Positions 1-12,780 of a stretch of DNA of 53,569 nt are shown in pieces; the first letter of the stretch is position 1, and every line of letters starts with the position of its first letter. The stretch is from Octopus sinensis. Taxonomy: Eukaryota. The position numbers and the translations under genes are program-made. The stretch lies in NCBI RefSeq assembly GCF_006345805.1, contig NW_021833859.1, positions 1-53,569 of the forward strand, read 5' to 3'. The notes beneath the pieces were generated by a model. It had not been told where the DNA came from. It made no database searches and saw only the letters and a list, made by a program, of their open reading frames with translations.

Positions 1-85
1 AAGGATACAGCGTGCCGCCGGGAATTGAACACACGACCTTACATTCGTGAGCCGAATGCCCAAACCACTAAGCCACGCGCCTTCC
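1..85 (-). mobile_element. tRNA-derived SINE head (Val-like CAC anticodon loop), probably not a functional tRNA
   Basis: Minus strand GGCGCGTGGCTTAGTGGTT (A box) ... CTCACGA ... GTTCAATTCC (B box); acceptor stem does not close cleanly. Confidence 0.5.
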
Positions 86-123
86 TTCACACACAACATA
101 TTTAAGTGGAAAATTATACTTCA

Positions 124-126
<3 letters not shown>

Positions 127-213
<87 letters not shown>

Positions 214-241
214 TAATATATATATATATACATATATATAA
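127..241. repeat. (TA)n microsatellite
   Basis: Direct reading. Confidence 0.95.
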
Positions 242-422
242 TGCAAAATGGGACAAGAACACAAAATATCCGGACAGCTAGGTGATACAAAAAGGGATAA
301 CAAAATATCCAGATAGGACGATACAAAGAAAACAAGGACGGGTCATTCGAAGTTTCTATCTTCACAGAGAAACCAGATTATCCTCGCATTTCGGCTGATT
401 ATTCTTGAGATTGCTCCAATAT

Positions 423-465
<43 letters not shown>

Positions 466-806
466 CATCTTCGTCTTTCATTTGCCATATATATGTGATG
501 AATGTGTGTGTGGTGTGTGTTTGTGTGGTGGTGGTGTGTGTGTGTGTGTGTTGTGTTGTGTGTGTTGTGAAAACGTACATAACAGGTATTAAAGGATTTA
601 TGAATTTCAATCCAACAGATGTCGTTATTACTATATTCATCCGACGCTATAGCGGCACCAATCGAATAACCTCCCCATTAAATCTCGGGAAGAAGGGAAT
701 AAGTGGCAGCCGGAATAAATAGCAAAGGAACTTTTATTGAACGGATTCAAAAGCGTTTCACGCAAACGAACATAAAGGATGCAAACGTATATGTCTGTGA
801 GTATCT

Positions 807-856
<50 letters not shown>

Positions 857-3561
857 ATTCATATAATGGTAAATTTAATCAATATATATTTTGAGTTGCG
901 ATGATCCGCTTCAACTTTAAACACTTCAGGTGGGAGAAATGAGATTGTATGCTATGCCTTATCTCTTTCCCCATGGGAAGAACTATTAGGACCACCAGAA
1001 ATGATGGGTATTCTTGTGCATAATCAAAGTTACCTCTGTTGGGTATGCAAATTTAACTATCGCTCCTTTTGATGATCTTTCGATTCTGATACAAATTTTA
1101 TTCACTGAAAAACCGGAGCGCGACGGGTTTCTCGGAGTCCTTGTAATTGTGAAATAAATGCATTAACTGTATTGTATTATCTCGAGTTTTTCTGGATACC
1201 CATCACTTAAGATCTACACCTAATGGCGTTGTTTGACGATGCGTCTGATAGCAGATTCTTTTACGTTGAACAGTTCGACAGCTGCATATTTTGTTCTATT
1301 GGGTTTGCTGTTGAGGATAATCAGTATTTCTGAGATGCATTCGGCCGTCTTGACGATAGCTTACGGAAAATGTTTCTTTTCTTTTCTTTTTACCACGAGT
1401 AACACGTCCTCACCAGAATCCTACAGTTCTTTTCCGACCTTGAACATGAAGGACCTGACCATTTACAAGAAGCTGGTGATCTCTGTGTTCCTGTGGTTGG
1501 TGAATAGAGTCACGACTATCTTTAATTTTCCATTTTCTGTTTTGGAGCAGATCCTGTCAATACATCTATAAAAAATATTACAAAGAATTGCGTTGTCTTT
1601 TATTCATAGCCTTTAAAACTATGCTCACTTCAGGCTGTCCCTGCAATGCTCAAAGTGCATTGCATTACAACCACTTCATCTACTGTCGATAGGCAACTAC
1701 AAAACTTCCAATGCCTTCCCACGGCAACGCACTTTCCAACAGTAGTGAGCAGTATTGATGCAACAGAAAATGTCCAGATTCTGTGGACCTAGAGTGTAGC
1801 AGGCTTATTCCTTCCATCCCCGATACAATAACAACACCAAGTCAGGTATAGATGTAACGCGTCCAATCATGCAGTGCCTATTGTGTTTCATGACTCACAG
1901 AGAACACATTCATTGCTCACAGATTTGATCTTTATCTCACATCTTTCTGATTTCCTCAACGCTACGCGAATCCCTGTTCTGGAAGGAACATCAAAGTACC
2001 AAAGACACTTTAAATTGTAATGGAAAAGAGGAAACGATCTTCGTGTCTGCTTTCTTAGAGGATGATGCCGTCAAAATGTAAATGATATCAAAGAATATCT
2101 GAAGAAATAATTGGACATGTCCTATCAATAGTGAACAACCAAAAGTTACTGACCCTTTTGTCTTATATTTATCTATTCAATCCAGCCAGAGTTCTTTCTC
2201 GTCACCTCTCTTTCTCCTCTTCTCTCCTCTCTTGCTCGCTCCAGGACAATTCTTAACGGTTTCATCACTTTTAGCATCCTTAAAAGTCTCTCAGAATTAC
2301 ATATGTCGTCTTGTGGTCAGTGTTGTTGTCTCAGATGCAACGGTGTCAATTTCTTATCGATTTAGCCTTTAAGTCTGTCAACTTACACAGCTCAAGAACA
2401 AGCATTTCCAATGGTCAGTATCTACACAAACGGACATGAATTTCACACCTCTGGTCAGCTTTATTAGTCAGCGTTATTCAAATTATTCAAATTATTCAAA
2501 TGAACTCAGCATTATGGCGAAAACGAAGAATGAATACAGAATTTTTGCACAGAATATTGTGTATCGGGAAATTCTGGAAGGATATTCGTGAGATAAGAAT
2601 ATCGTATAATAAATAATATTTTCTTATATAGATTTTCTTTCTCATGTAGTACAATTTTGCTATAAAAGACCAGTAACTACTTGCCTAAAAGTGCATCATA
2701 ATGTTATTATAATGATAGGGATGCTGTGTAGCGATAATGCAGTTAAAGACATTTGAATATTCAGTTAAGACTAGAAACAAGAATTTATGTTCACATTTAA
2801 TTTGCTTGCTTCGTAGGACGGGTGTCCTGTACAATGCGATGATGATATAAAAGAGAGATAATGACAGCACTAAAATGTCTTATAATGTTATTTTAATCAT
2901 AGGGCTGCTGAGCATCTCTAATACGACATAAGCCATTTGAATAGACTTATTCATGACAGCTATTTATTTTAATAGCTGTCAGGAAGTCACGAACGCACAG
3001 GGTTTTCATAATTTCTTCCAATCACAAGGTAGTTTTTTTTTCTTTTTCATACAAAACCAACATATTTATTTACCGGCAGAGATATATAATAGATTCTTGC
3101 ACCTATCTCAATGTATGAGAGCCTAACAACGGAGCTATTAGACCATCCACATCGATGATTAGTTTTCAGCGGTGAAGGTCTGAAGAACCAACTACACTTT
3201 TGTTTTGGTTTTTGGAAATGCTGATAATATAAATTTGATGCAAATTCTTACCACGACCTCAAAGAACGACATAACACAGGCTTTTCGGTTAAGTCCTCAG
3301 TCTACAACACGTGTTGGTAAGCTAAATGAGCACAATTCTACCAAACTAAAAGATTCCTGCGCATGCTTATGCATGTATCATTTAATGGAATGGCCGTTGG
3401 CTCTCTTGACTTTGATGGGCTTCTTTTTTTTTTAATCCTGCAGGGTGTCCTGACACCCACCGGTCACCCGGTTAGTTTGTGTATGTTCCTGGCTTGGTCG
3501 CTGACGGTTTGTACTTGAAACGAGTTGTACTGGATTACATTTTACTGGTAGTACACAAAGG

Positions 3562-3904
3562 TGACCTAACATATGTGTGTGTGTATGTATGTATGTATGT
3601 ATGTATGTATGTATGTGTGTGTATGTGTATGTATGTATGTATGTGTATGTATGTATGTATGTATGTATGTGTGTGTATGTATGTATGTATGTATGTATGT
3701 GTGTGTGTATGTATGTATGAATGTACGTGTATGTATGTATGTATGTATGTATGTATGTATGTATGTATGTGTGTATATATATATATATATAAATGTATGT
3801 ATGTATGTATGTATGTATGTATATATATATATATATATATGTGTATATGTATATATATATATATATATAATATATATATATATATTATACATACATATAT
3901 ATAT
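3562..3904. repeat. Compound (TATG)n/(TG)n/(TA)n microsatellite
   Basis: Direct reading; explains overlapping MYVC/IHTY ORFs. Confidence 0.95.
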
Positions 3905-4320
3905 GAGTGGCTGTGTGGTAAGTAGTTTGCTTACCAACCACATGGTTCTGGGTTCAGTCCCACTGCGTGGCACATCGGGTAATTGTCTTCTATATAGCCG
4001 CGAGCCGACCTAATCCTTGTGAATGGATTTGGTAGACGGCAACTGAAAGAAGCCCCCTCGTATATTTATATATAGGTATATGTATATGTGTGTGTATGTG
4101 TGTATGTATGTATGTTTGTGTGTCTGTGCTTGTCCCTCCCTCTCATCATCGTTTGACAACTGATGTTGGTATGTTTACTTCCCCGTAACTTAGCGGTTCG
4201 ACAAAAGAATCCGATCGAATAAGTACTAGGCTTACAAAGAATAAGTCCTAGGGCTGATTTGTTCAACTAAGGGTGGTGCTCCAGCATTGCCGCAGTCAAA
4301 TGGCTGAAACAAATAAAAAT
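3905..4320 (+). mobile_element. tRNA-headed SINE family A (internal TA/TG microsatellite, CAGTC-AAAT-GACTG tail hairpin)
   Basis: GAGTGGCTGTGTGGTAAG...GGTTCAGTCCC head, conserved body and tail shared with more than 10 other copies in the window. Confidence 0.85.
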
Positions 4321-4353
4321 GTAAGTAATATATATATATGAATATATATATAT

Positions 4354-4386
<33 letters not shown>

Positions 4387-4539
4387 ACAGGGTCTCTCCA
4401 CGAAAATGTTCTCACAATTTCGCTCCCCATAACACATGGAATTTCTCATTTCTTTCCAGATAAAGCTGACCCTAATTAATGACAGAAATGCAATTAAATT
4501 TTGACGAATGAAAATTTATATACTAGAACCGCGGAAATA

Positions 4540-4950
4540 TCCCAGAAGTGCAAAGACACCTTAGAAGACATTTTCACAAAGATCCATCAAGGCGACGTAC
4601 CATCTCTCGCATCCGAGATAAGTTTGAATCAGATAGAACCCTGTCCGAAAGGAGCCTTCGAGCATACCACGGCTATTAAGCAGCCTCACGAGCGAAAACC
4701 AATTGCTGGAAATCCTCCAACAATTCCCACAGAAATCTGTACCCCAAACGGCCCGTGAGACATGAATTCCAAAACCAAGCACCCATCACATTTTCAAGTG
4801 AGTTCATTGGAAATATTACATTGCAACACTAATCCACGCTTTGCATAAAGACGGTCCTGGCCGGAGAATTGAGTTTTGTGGGTTGTATCTGGACAAATGC
4901 TAGGAAGATGCAGCGTTTCCATCCAAAATTGTTTGAAGTTAGACATGGCC
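4540..4950 (+). pseudogene. Decayed Tc1/mariner-superfamily transposase (DUF4817-type HTH N-terminus up to the first catalytic D region)
   Basis: Manual translation across frameshifts: HFHKDPSRRRTISRIRDKFES ... LLEILQQFPQKSVPQTARET ... LIHALHKDGPGRRIEFCGLYLDKC*EDAAFPSKIV. Confidence 0.7.
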
Positions 4951-4994
4951 TGGGCCAACAGTGGCCAAAACTTCTCTAAGTTATTCTAAGTTAT

Positions 4995-5120
4995 TCATCC
5001 TTTCGGGGTCGATAAATAAGTACCAGTTTCACACTGGGATCGATGTAATCGACTTAATCCCTTTTGTCTGTCCTTGTTTGTCTCCTCTATGTTTAGCCCC
5101 TTGTGGGCAGTAAAGAAATA
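4995..5120 (+). mobile_element. 5'-truncated Nin/Deu-domain SINE (family B)
   Basis: TCATCCTTTCGGGGTCGATAAATAAGTACCAG resembles the Nin-domain core; family tail CCCTTGTGGG..TAAAGAAATA. Confidence 0.75.
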
Positions 5121-5253
5121 TGTTTATCAGTCAAGCTGGCGAATATTCACAATTCGAATAACAAGATAAGAACCAACTGACATATATAAAACATTTCATT
5201 GCAACACAATTATGCTTGAATTTTTGAGATTTCTCTCTCTCGCTCTCTCATTT

Positions 5254-5320
<67 letters not shown>

Positions 5321-5915
5321 TTATTTTTTTTTGCCATAGCAATATTGAAGATCCCTTTCTATGTGTTATAGCATTCAGGTTATACAGAATGTGGATTCCT
5401 TTTAAAGCTCATTAATTTTCACAGCATGTCAGCCAACGATGTTCGACATTTAGTCGTATTTCCTCTATTTTTATTATTGAGGATTTGCTTATTTATTGTA
5501 TGAAAAGTCAGTTGGATATGATGTGATGAAGCCTTCGAATATGAAGGAATGCTTTATATATTTCGTCTCTTACTTTTTACCGTTATTAGACAGATGCCAA
5601 ACTGGGGCACTGCCTTCAAGAATTGTACTCAAACGAATCGCCCCAGTATCTATTACTGGTGGGGGACAAACAAAGAGACACATACTCACACGCGTGTGTG
5701 TATGTATGTATAAATATATATATATGTATATATATATATATAATATATATATATATATATAATATATATTATATATATATATAATAACATACATACATAC
5801 ATACATACATGCATACTACATACATACATACATACATACATACATGTGACCGCGTGTGTACCGTTGGCGATTTTTTTCCCTCTGTCTTCCCTCGTTGGAT
5901 CTTTCCTTCTCCAAT

Positions 5916-5950
5916 GTTTCCGACGAAGAGCTCCGCTCGAAACGTTAAAC
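5916..5950 (+). ncRNA. Minimal type I hammerhead-like motif with variant core, in a pLTR-like repeat
   Basis: GTTT-CCGACGA-A-GAGC(TCC)GCTC-GAAA-CGT-T-AAAC: 4-bp stem I, 4-bp stem II, palindromic ACGT stem III; U4 is C. Confidence 0.5.
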
Positions 5951-6530
5951 CCTCCTTCTTTCCTTCTTTCCTGAGCGTCCAATAATACTATATTTGTTCC
6001 ACGTCCTCGCGTTGTTGTGTTTTTTTTGTGCTTTCCCGTTTGGATTAACTATATATATATATAATATATATATATATATAATATATTATATATATATGTT
6101 TCCTCAAATCACCATTTTAGTACCAGCAAAAACAGGAAGATATGTATTTGAAATTTTCTTGTTATATATCACATTTAAACACAGACATTTTTATTCCGAT
6201 GTTTAATCTTATATCTCACATTCTGTATTTGACATATACTTGATTTTACATGATTGATATATATACTAATTCATATTTAAAATGTATAATTTATAAATTT
6301 TAGTTCTTAATATTACAAACTATAATTTTTATTCTTAATTTTTAATTCGTAATTTTTAATCTTTAATGCTTAATTGTATTGCAAATTTTTTAAGGGATGT
6401 AAAATAAGATACATAATATTTTGAAATAGAACCTGAAGACATGTTGGAATAAGAGTAAATCTGACGATTGCATATATGTATTTATATATGTATATATATG
6501 GGTATACAGTCGTGTATATGTATATATATA

Positions 6531-6760
6531 TTTCTTTACTACCCACAAGGGGCTAAACACAGAGGGGACAAACAAGGACAGACATACGGATTAAGTCGAT
6601 TACATCGACCCCAGTGCGTAACTGGTACTTGATTTATCGACCCCGAAAGGATGAAAGGTAAAGTCGACCTCGGCGGAATTTGAACTTAGAACGTAATGGC
6701 AGACGAAATACGGCTACGCATTTCGCCCGGCGTGCTAACGTTTCTGCCAGCTCGCCGCCT
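6531..6760 (-). mobile_element. Full monomeric Nin-domain SINE (family B)
   Basis: Minus strand GGCGGCGAGCTGGCAGAAACGTTAGC head, B box AGTTCAAATTCC, Nin core, tail ending AAGAAATA. Confidence 0.85.
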
Positions 6761-7017
6761 TTGTATATGTATATATATTGTAATCTTCCAATACTGAAAC
6801 ACGTGTAGTTTCTTCATATTTAATATATATAAATATTAACTAAAGTAGGATATAATTAATGAAGTACATTATATACCCAGCTGGAAATTTTGTTTATATC
6901 TTTTAAGTATTATTTCGTGATGTGCAAGCTGATACCATGAGTTTACTGTAAGATATGCTCATTAAGTTATTTTTGTGTTATCTGAAAAAGAACACCCGCA
7001 TATCGATTAATCCCTCA

Positions 7018-7099
<82 letters not shown>

Positions 7100-7312
7100 C
7101 ATACATACATACAACTATTTATGTCCCTCGTTGCCGCTTGACAACCAGTGTTGGTGTGTTTACACATCCGTAAATTGGCGGTAGGGCAAAACAGAAGGAT
7201 AGAATATCTATCAGACTTTAAAAAAATAATTACTGGGGTCGACTCGTTCGAATAAATTTCTTCCAGGCATTACTTCAGCATGACTGAAACAAGTAAGAGA
7301 AAAACATAAATG

Positions 7313-7385
<73 letters not shown>

Positions 7386-7710
7386 GTAGGTATGTGTATG
7401 TATGTACGTATATATATATGTATGTATGTATGTATATATATGTGTGTATGTATGAATGTATGTATATATATGTGTGTATGTATGAATGTATGTATATACA
7501 TATATGTATGTCATTGTTCAGTTTTATTTCAAGGTTTCTTGCCAATGGAGAAAGAGCCGGTTTCTGACCTAGATCCAAGGCTCCTTCATTGAAATTTCAA
7601 CATCAAGAGGGTGTTTTTGTTTGTATGTATATGTGCAGATTTGCATATTTTGCTTTATGTATGTATTCTCATGCATATAGTTGCATATCTAGACATGCTC
7701 ATATATATAT

Positions 7711-7960
7711 CTAAAGGATAAACCTGTGGAAAGTTTTACAGATCTTTACAGTTCCAGTGATGGATTGGATCTGTAGTCTTCGAATTAGTTTTCTCCTTTC
7801 TGGTTTTGAGAAACTTAATTTCTCAAGATTGGTATTTAGGCAGTGTGCTACATATCCCCGGTTCCCATTAATTACATGTATAAACCAGCACTTGTAATCT
7901 GGATGGAGTAACTGCAGATTTTTCAGTTGTTTAGGGTAGGAATTCTCTTTTTCACTGAGG
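7711..7960 (-). pseudogene. 3' fragment of an RLE-type (R2/R4-like) non-LTR retrotransposon ORF
   Basis: KENSYPKQLKNLQLLHPDYKCWFIHVINGNRGYVAHCLNTNLEKLSFSKPERRKLIRRLQIQSITGTVKICKTF resembles the C-terminal tail of restriction-like endonuclease LINEs (recognised from memory). Confidence 0.55.
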
Positions 7961-8340
7961 AATGTATGGGTGTATGTGCGTGCATACACCCGCGAGAGTA
8001 CGCATGTGTGTGAACGAGTGTATAATTTTACTGAAGTCGTAGTAATTTCTAAAATTTGTCTGATACAAGAAGCAAATGAAGATTTACGTCTCGTAAACTT
8101 GAGGAGAAATTCCGAAGTTGGTCTAGAGTATCTTCAGGTTCTACGGATTTCTGGAATGTGTTATTTCTTGAAAAAGAAAATGTTGGTATTGGCCTAGCTT
8201 AGAAGCATTGATTGAGATGCAAGTGGATTCAGAATAAAAAATATTGTACAAATACATTCGTTTTAGTGCTTTCCAGAAAGATATCGGCACTCAAACAGGT
8301 GTAAAGCTACAGTCCTATATTTAAGAGATAAGGAATTATG

Positions 8341-8600
8341 TGCATTACTTACATTATTTACATTCAACGGATATTTGTCCTTATCTTGTTTGCTGTTAAC
8401 ACAACGTTTTCGCTGGTATACCCTCCAGCCTTCTTCGAGTGTCTTGGGGAAATTTCGAATCTGGGTTCTCATTTCTAAGGTATTTTTCTTTTGTTGTTAT
8501 TATTATTATTATTATTATTATCGTTCAGGTCACTGCTTGGAATCGAACTCGGAATCTTGGTGTTAGTTGCCCGCGCTCTTAACCACTACGCCATATGCCT
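8341..8600 (-). mobile_element. tRNA-headed short element with (AAT)n linker and a degenerate hammerhead motif in its body
   Basis: Minus strand GGCATATGGCGTAGTGGTTAAGAGCGCGGG...GAGTTCGATTCC head (8600-8526), (AAT)n, then GACAC-TCGAAGA-A-GGCTGG...CCAGC-GAAAA-CGTT-GTGTT at 8443-8398. Confidence 0.7.
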
Positions 8601-8613
8601 ACGGGCATATACA

Positions 8614-8770
8614 TTAGAAATGATAACCCAGGTTCGAAATTTTCCCCAAAACACCCGAAGAAGGCTGGAGGGTATATCAGCCGAAACGTTGTGTTAACAA
8701 CACACAAGATAAACAAGATGAGGACAAATATCCGTTGAATATAAATAATGTGAATAATGTAAATAATGCA
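8614..8770 (+). mobile_element. Inverted, head-less second copy of the same element, including a hammerhead-like motif (8650-8695)
   Basis: Reverse complement of 8341-8478; AACAC-CCGAAGA-A-GGCTG...CAGCC-GAAA-CGT-T-GTGTT. Confidence 0.75.
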
Positions 8771-9000
8771 GATGTAAAGCTCATTGACCAACAGCTGACA
8801 CATTTTAATTACATTTCTAAGATACTAAACCGTCGGAACTGGATTTAGCTTCATCAAGGACCTCTTATATAAACATAGTTAACATCGATGGACGCCGTAA
8901 ACTGAAATTACATACTTAATATTTAAGCTGATGATATAAGGTGTATCCATCTCATGAATATAAAATTCTCTAATTAAAACAGTTCTTTTATTACCTTTAT

Positions 9001-9415
9001 ATACTCTTTTACTCTTTTACTTGTTTCAGTCATTTGACACTGCGGCCATGCTGGAGCACCGCCTTTTAGTCGAGCAAATCGACCCCGGGACTTATTCTTT
9101 GTAAGCCCAGTACTTATTCTATCGGTCTCTTTTGCCGAACCGCTAAGTGACGGGGACGTAAACACACCAGCATCGGTTGTCAAGCAAAGCTAGGGGGACA
9201 AACACAGACACACAAACATATACACACACCCTCATATATATATACATATATACGACGGGCTTCTTTCAGTTTCCGTCTACCAAATCCACTCACAAGACAT
9301 TGGTCGGCACGGGGCTATAGCAGAAGACACTTGCCCAAGATGCCACGCAGTGGGACTGAACCCAGAACCATGTGGTTGGTTAGCAAGCTACTTACCACAC
9401 AGCCACTCCTGCGCC
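9001..9415 (-). mobile_element. Full-length SINE family A
   Basis: Head GGCGCAGGAGTGGCTGTGTGG through tail GAAACAAGTAAAAGAGTAAAAGAG on the minus strand. Confidence 0.9.
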
Positions 9416-9825
9416 TATGTATTTCCATTGTATTACTGAAGGAGCGTGGCCTGGTTGTTTAGTTGTTGAACTCGCGATCTCGATCTTAAGGTGGTGGTTT
9501 CGATTCCCGTACCGGGTGATGTGTTTTGACTTTGCACAAAGCATTTAATTTCGCGTTATTCCATCCACTCCGCTGTAAAAGCGTTTCAATAATAGCTGGG
9601 AAGTTTACTCTGCAACGGACTGCCGTCTCATCCAGGAAGGAATGTTGTAATCTCAGTCTCTGATATACAATGGCAATCTGGTTTAACTCCAATCTTCTGA
9701 GTGTCCTTTGGCTAATGACAGACCTATGCTTACTGCATTAATAGGATAATCCACCTGAACTTGTTTTTCACACCAGTTCTTGGTACTTTATATTTTCTTT
9801 CGATCGTGTACACTTTGTCTAGTGT

Positions 9826-10196
9826 GGAAGTGCAATGGCCCAGTGGTTAGGGCAGCGGACTCGCAGTCGTACGATCGCGGTTTCGATTCCCAGACCGGGC
9901 GTTGTGAGTGTTTACTGAGAGAAAACACCTAAATCTCCATGAGGCTCCGGTAGAGGTTGGTGGCAACCTTGATGTACTCTCTCACCACAACTTTCTCTCA
10001 CTCTTTCTTCCTGCTTCCATTGTACCTGTATTTCAAAGGGCCAGCCTTGTCACACTGTGTATCACGCTGAATTTCCTCGGGAACTACGTTAAGGGTAGAC
10101 GTGTCTATGAAATGCTGAAACGTTAATTTCAGGAGTAGGCTGTTCCGTTGATTAGATCAACTAAAACTCTCGTCCTCGCAACCGAGGGAGTGCCAC
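9826..10196 (+). mobile_element. tRNA-Arg-like-headed SINE (family C, OR/Ceph-SINE-like)
   Basis: TGGCCCAGTGGTTAGGGCAGCGGACTCGCAG (TCG anticodon-like) ... GTTTCGATTCC; body shared with 28373-28785. Confidence 0.75.
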
Positions 10197-10685
10197 GACG
10201 ACTTTGTCTGTTGAGGTATTATGATGTTCAAATAGGCAAAGAGCGAGTAGAATCGTAAGAAAGCCAGGCAGTACTTCTTCCGGCACTTTACATGCTAACT
10301 TCAAATTCTTCCAGGGCGAACTTACCTTTTTCTTTCTCCTAAAATTGCTATCATTTTGCCGAAATTTTAAATCATTATTATCTTTTTAGAATAGGCGACC
10401 TATTGGTAGAATAGTTTAAAGGTCGGACTAAATACTTAAGGGCATTTCTTCCGACTTATTATGTTCTGAGTATAACCCTCCAGGGCCCAGTTGCCTTTAA
10501 ACATTGGAATCGATGTCATCGACCTTCTCCCAAATATTTTTCTCGCCCTGTGCTGAAATTCGAAACCGTTATCTTTATAAAGGAACTGATTGTACCAACA
10601 AGTCAATGAATATAGATGAATATAGATTTTAGTTTAAAACCTAAGCTAAATGTTCAATTCCTATTCAGATTAAGGCGTTGGTACG

Positions 10686-10831
10686 TAGCTTGTTTACCAA
10701 CCACATGGTTCCCGGTTCATTCCCACTGCGAGGCACCTTGGGCAAGTGTCTTCTACTATAGCTTCGGGCCGACCAAAGCCTTGTGAGTGGATTTGGTAGA
10801 CGGAAACTGAAAGAAGCCCGTCGTATATATG

Positions 10832-10884
<53 letters not shown>

Positions 10885-11100
10885 ATGTGTGTGTGTATAT
10901 GTTTGTGTGTCTGTGTGTGTCTCCCCCACCAACATCGTTTGACAACCGATGCTGGTGTGTTTATGTCACCATAACTTAGCGGTTCGGCAAAAAGAGACCG
11001 ATAGAATAAGTACTAGGCTTACAAAGAGTAAGTCATGCTGTCGAGTTGCTCGACTAAAGACGATACTCCAGCATGGCCACAGTCAAAATGACTGAAACAA
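10686..11100 (+). mobile_element. SINE family A copy
   Basis: Same head, body and tail as 9001-9415. Confidence 0.85.
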
Positions 11101-12017
11101 AAATAAGATATCATTAAACTAGAAAGATGAAAACGGTATTTTGTAAAAAAAGACAAAAAAAAAAAGAGACAGCACACATACACATACAGACACGGACACG
11201 GACATATGCGCATACACAAATCGAGAGAGACAGACATACAGACAGAGTGAGTCTGCGAAATGATTAAGTTTATTTGAAGAAGTTTTCTTTTCAATATTTA
11301 TATTCATAAAATCAACAAATAATCAATTCTTATCTGATATAAAGTATAATTTAGCAAAATTGGAAGTGATAAGCATTTGACATTGTTACAAAATAAAGGA
11401 AAATAAATTTTCGAAACACTGTAAATTGTTATCAAGATTTACTCACTTTCCGTCATAATATACCTTCATTTGTTTCTCATAATGGATTCTAATAATAGAC
11501 GAAGCTAAGCATTTGAAGTGATCGGGTATCGTACTTTACTTCGGATGAAAATAGATTACTTAATGATATTTCGAATACTATATATCATTTTTCTTACTTA
11601 AAATAGGTTATCGTAGATAATAAATTGACTTTATGAATGTACATATCGCGTAACATCTCTTTTGAATTCTCTCCTGTAAACTACGAGTTTGTCACGATAG
11701 TTTATTAGGTGTGTAACCGGTTGGGCGGTTTTCAAAGTCTGTGATGGCTTAAACAGACTCAGATATTTAGGAGATGCTGTAGTAAGTTGTGATTTGAGGA
11801 AATTTTGGCTAATATTTCTATCTCTCCCGTTGGTTCATTCTTCCTTCGTCGCATTAGTTAAGCTGCGCATTTTTCACATTCCCTTTCAATTTGCTATATC
11901 TATCAATGGGCATTTCCCAAAGGTTTATGATAGAGGAACTGTAAACAAAATCTTTGCTGCGGTCTGGCTAAAGTGCTGGTCTGCGGCGAAGTTGACTCCG
12001 GTCTAAACAGGACTTCT

Positions 12018-12780
12018 ACGAAGCAGAAGTTGACTGGCGGCTGTCGCCCTTACGTTTTTTCACAAAACAAATCTTTTACCAACACATTCTGGGTCTCCGT
12101 TAACTTTTTTCTTTTGTGTGTGTGTGTGGCGCAGGAGTGGCTGTGTGGTTAGTAGCTTGCTTACCAGCTACATGGTTCCGAGTTCATTCCCACTGCGTGG
12201 CATCTTGGGCAAGTGTCTTCTACTATAGCCTCGGGCCGATCAAAGCCTTGTGAGTGGATTTGGTAGACGGAAACTGAAAGAAACCCGTGGCATATACTCA
12301 TTTACTCTTTTACTTGTTTCAGTCATTTGACTGCGGCCATACTGGGGCACCGCCTTTAATCGAGCAACTCCACCCCGGCACTTATTCTTTGTAATCCCAG
12401 TACTTATTCTATCGGTCTCTTTTGCCGAACCGCTAAATGACGGGGACATAAACAGACCAGCATCGAAGCAGAAGTTGACTGGCGGCTGTCGCCCTTACGT
12501 TTTTTCACAAAATAAATCTTTTACCAACACATTCTCGGTCACCGTTAATTTTTCGTTTTTTTTTTGTATGTCTGGCGCAGGAGTGGCTGTGTGGTTAGTA
12601 GCTTGCTTACCAACCACATGGTTCCGGGTTCAGTCCCACTGAGTGGCACCTTGGGCAAGTGTCTTCTACTATAGCCTTGTGAGTGGATTTGGTAGACGGA
12701 AACTGAAAGAAACCCGTGGCATATACTCATTACTCTTTTACTTGTTTCAGTCATTGACTGAACCTACTGGGCACCGCCTT
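12018..12780. repeat. Local tandem duplication (~447-bp period) of flank plus a rearranged SINE A
   Basis: CGAAGCAGAAGTTGACTGGCGGCTGTCGCCC occurs at ~12019 and ~12464; each copy is followed by a plus-strand SINE head and a minus-strand SINE tail. Confidence 0.85.

Noticed and set aside
1225-1340. Minus-strand YAAVELFNVKESAIRRIVKQR as a transposase HTH
   Set aside because: Suggestive, but short, surrounded by stops and without TIRs or a catalytic motif.
2397-2431. Possible 35-bp minus-strand micro-exon (xTDHWKCLFLSC, GTAAGT donor)
   Set aside because: Weak polypyrimidine tract and too short to tell from chance.
9826-9900. tRNA-Arg gene (also tRNA-like heads at 1-85, 8526-8600, 28373, 44250)
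   Set aside because: Acceptor stems are poor and each runs into a shared SINE body.
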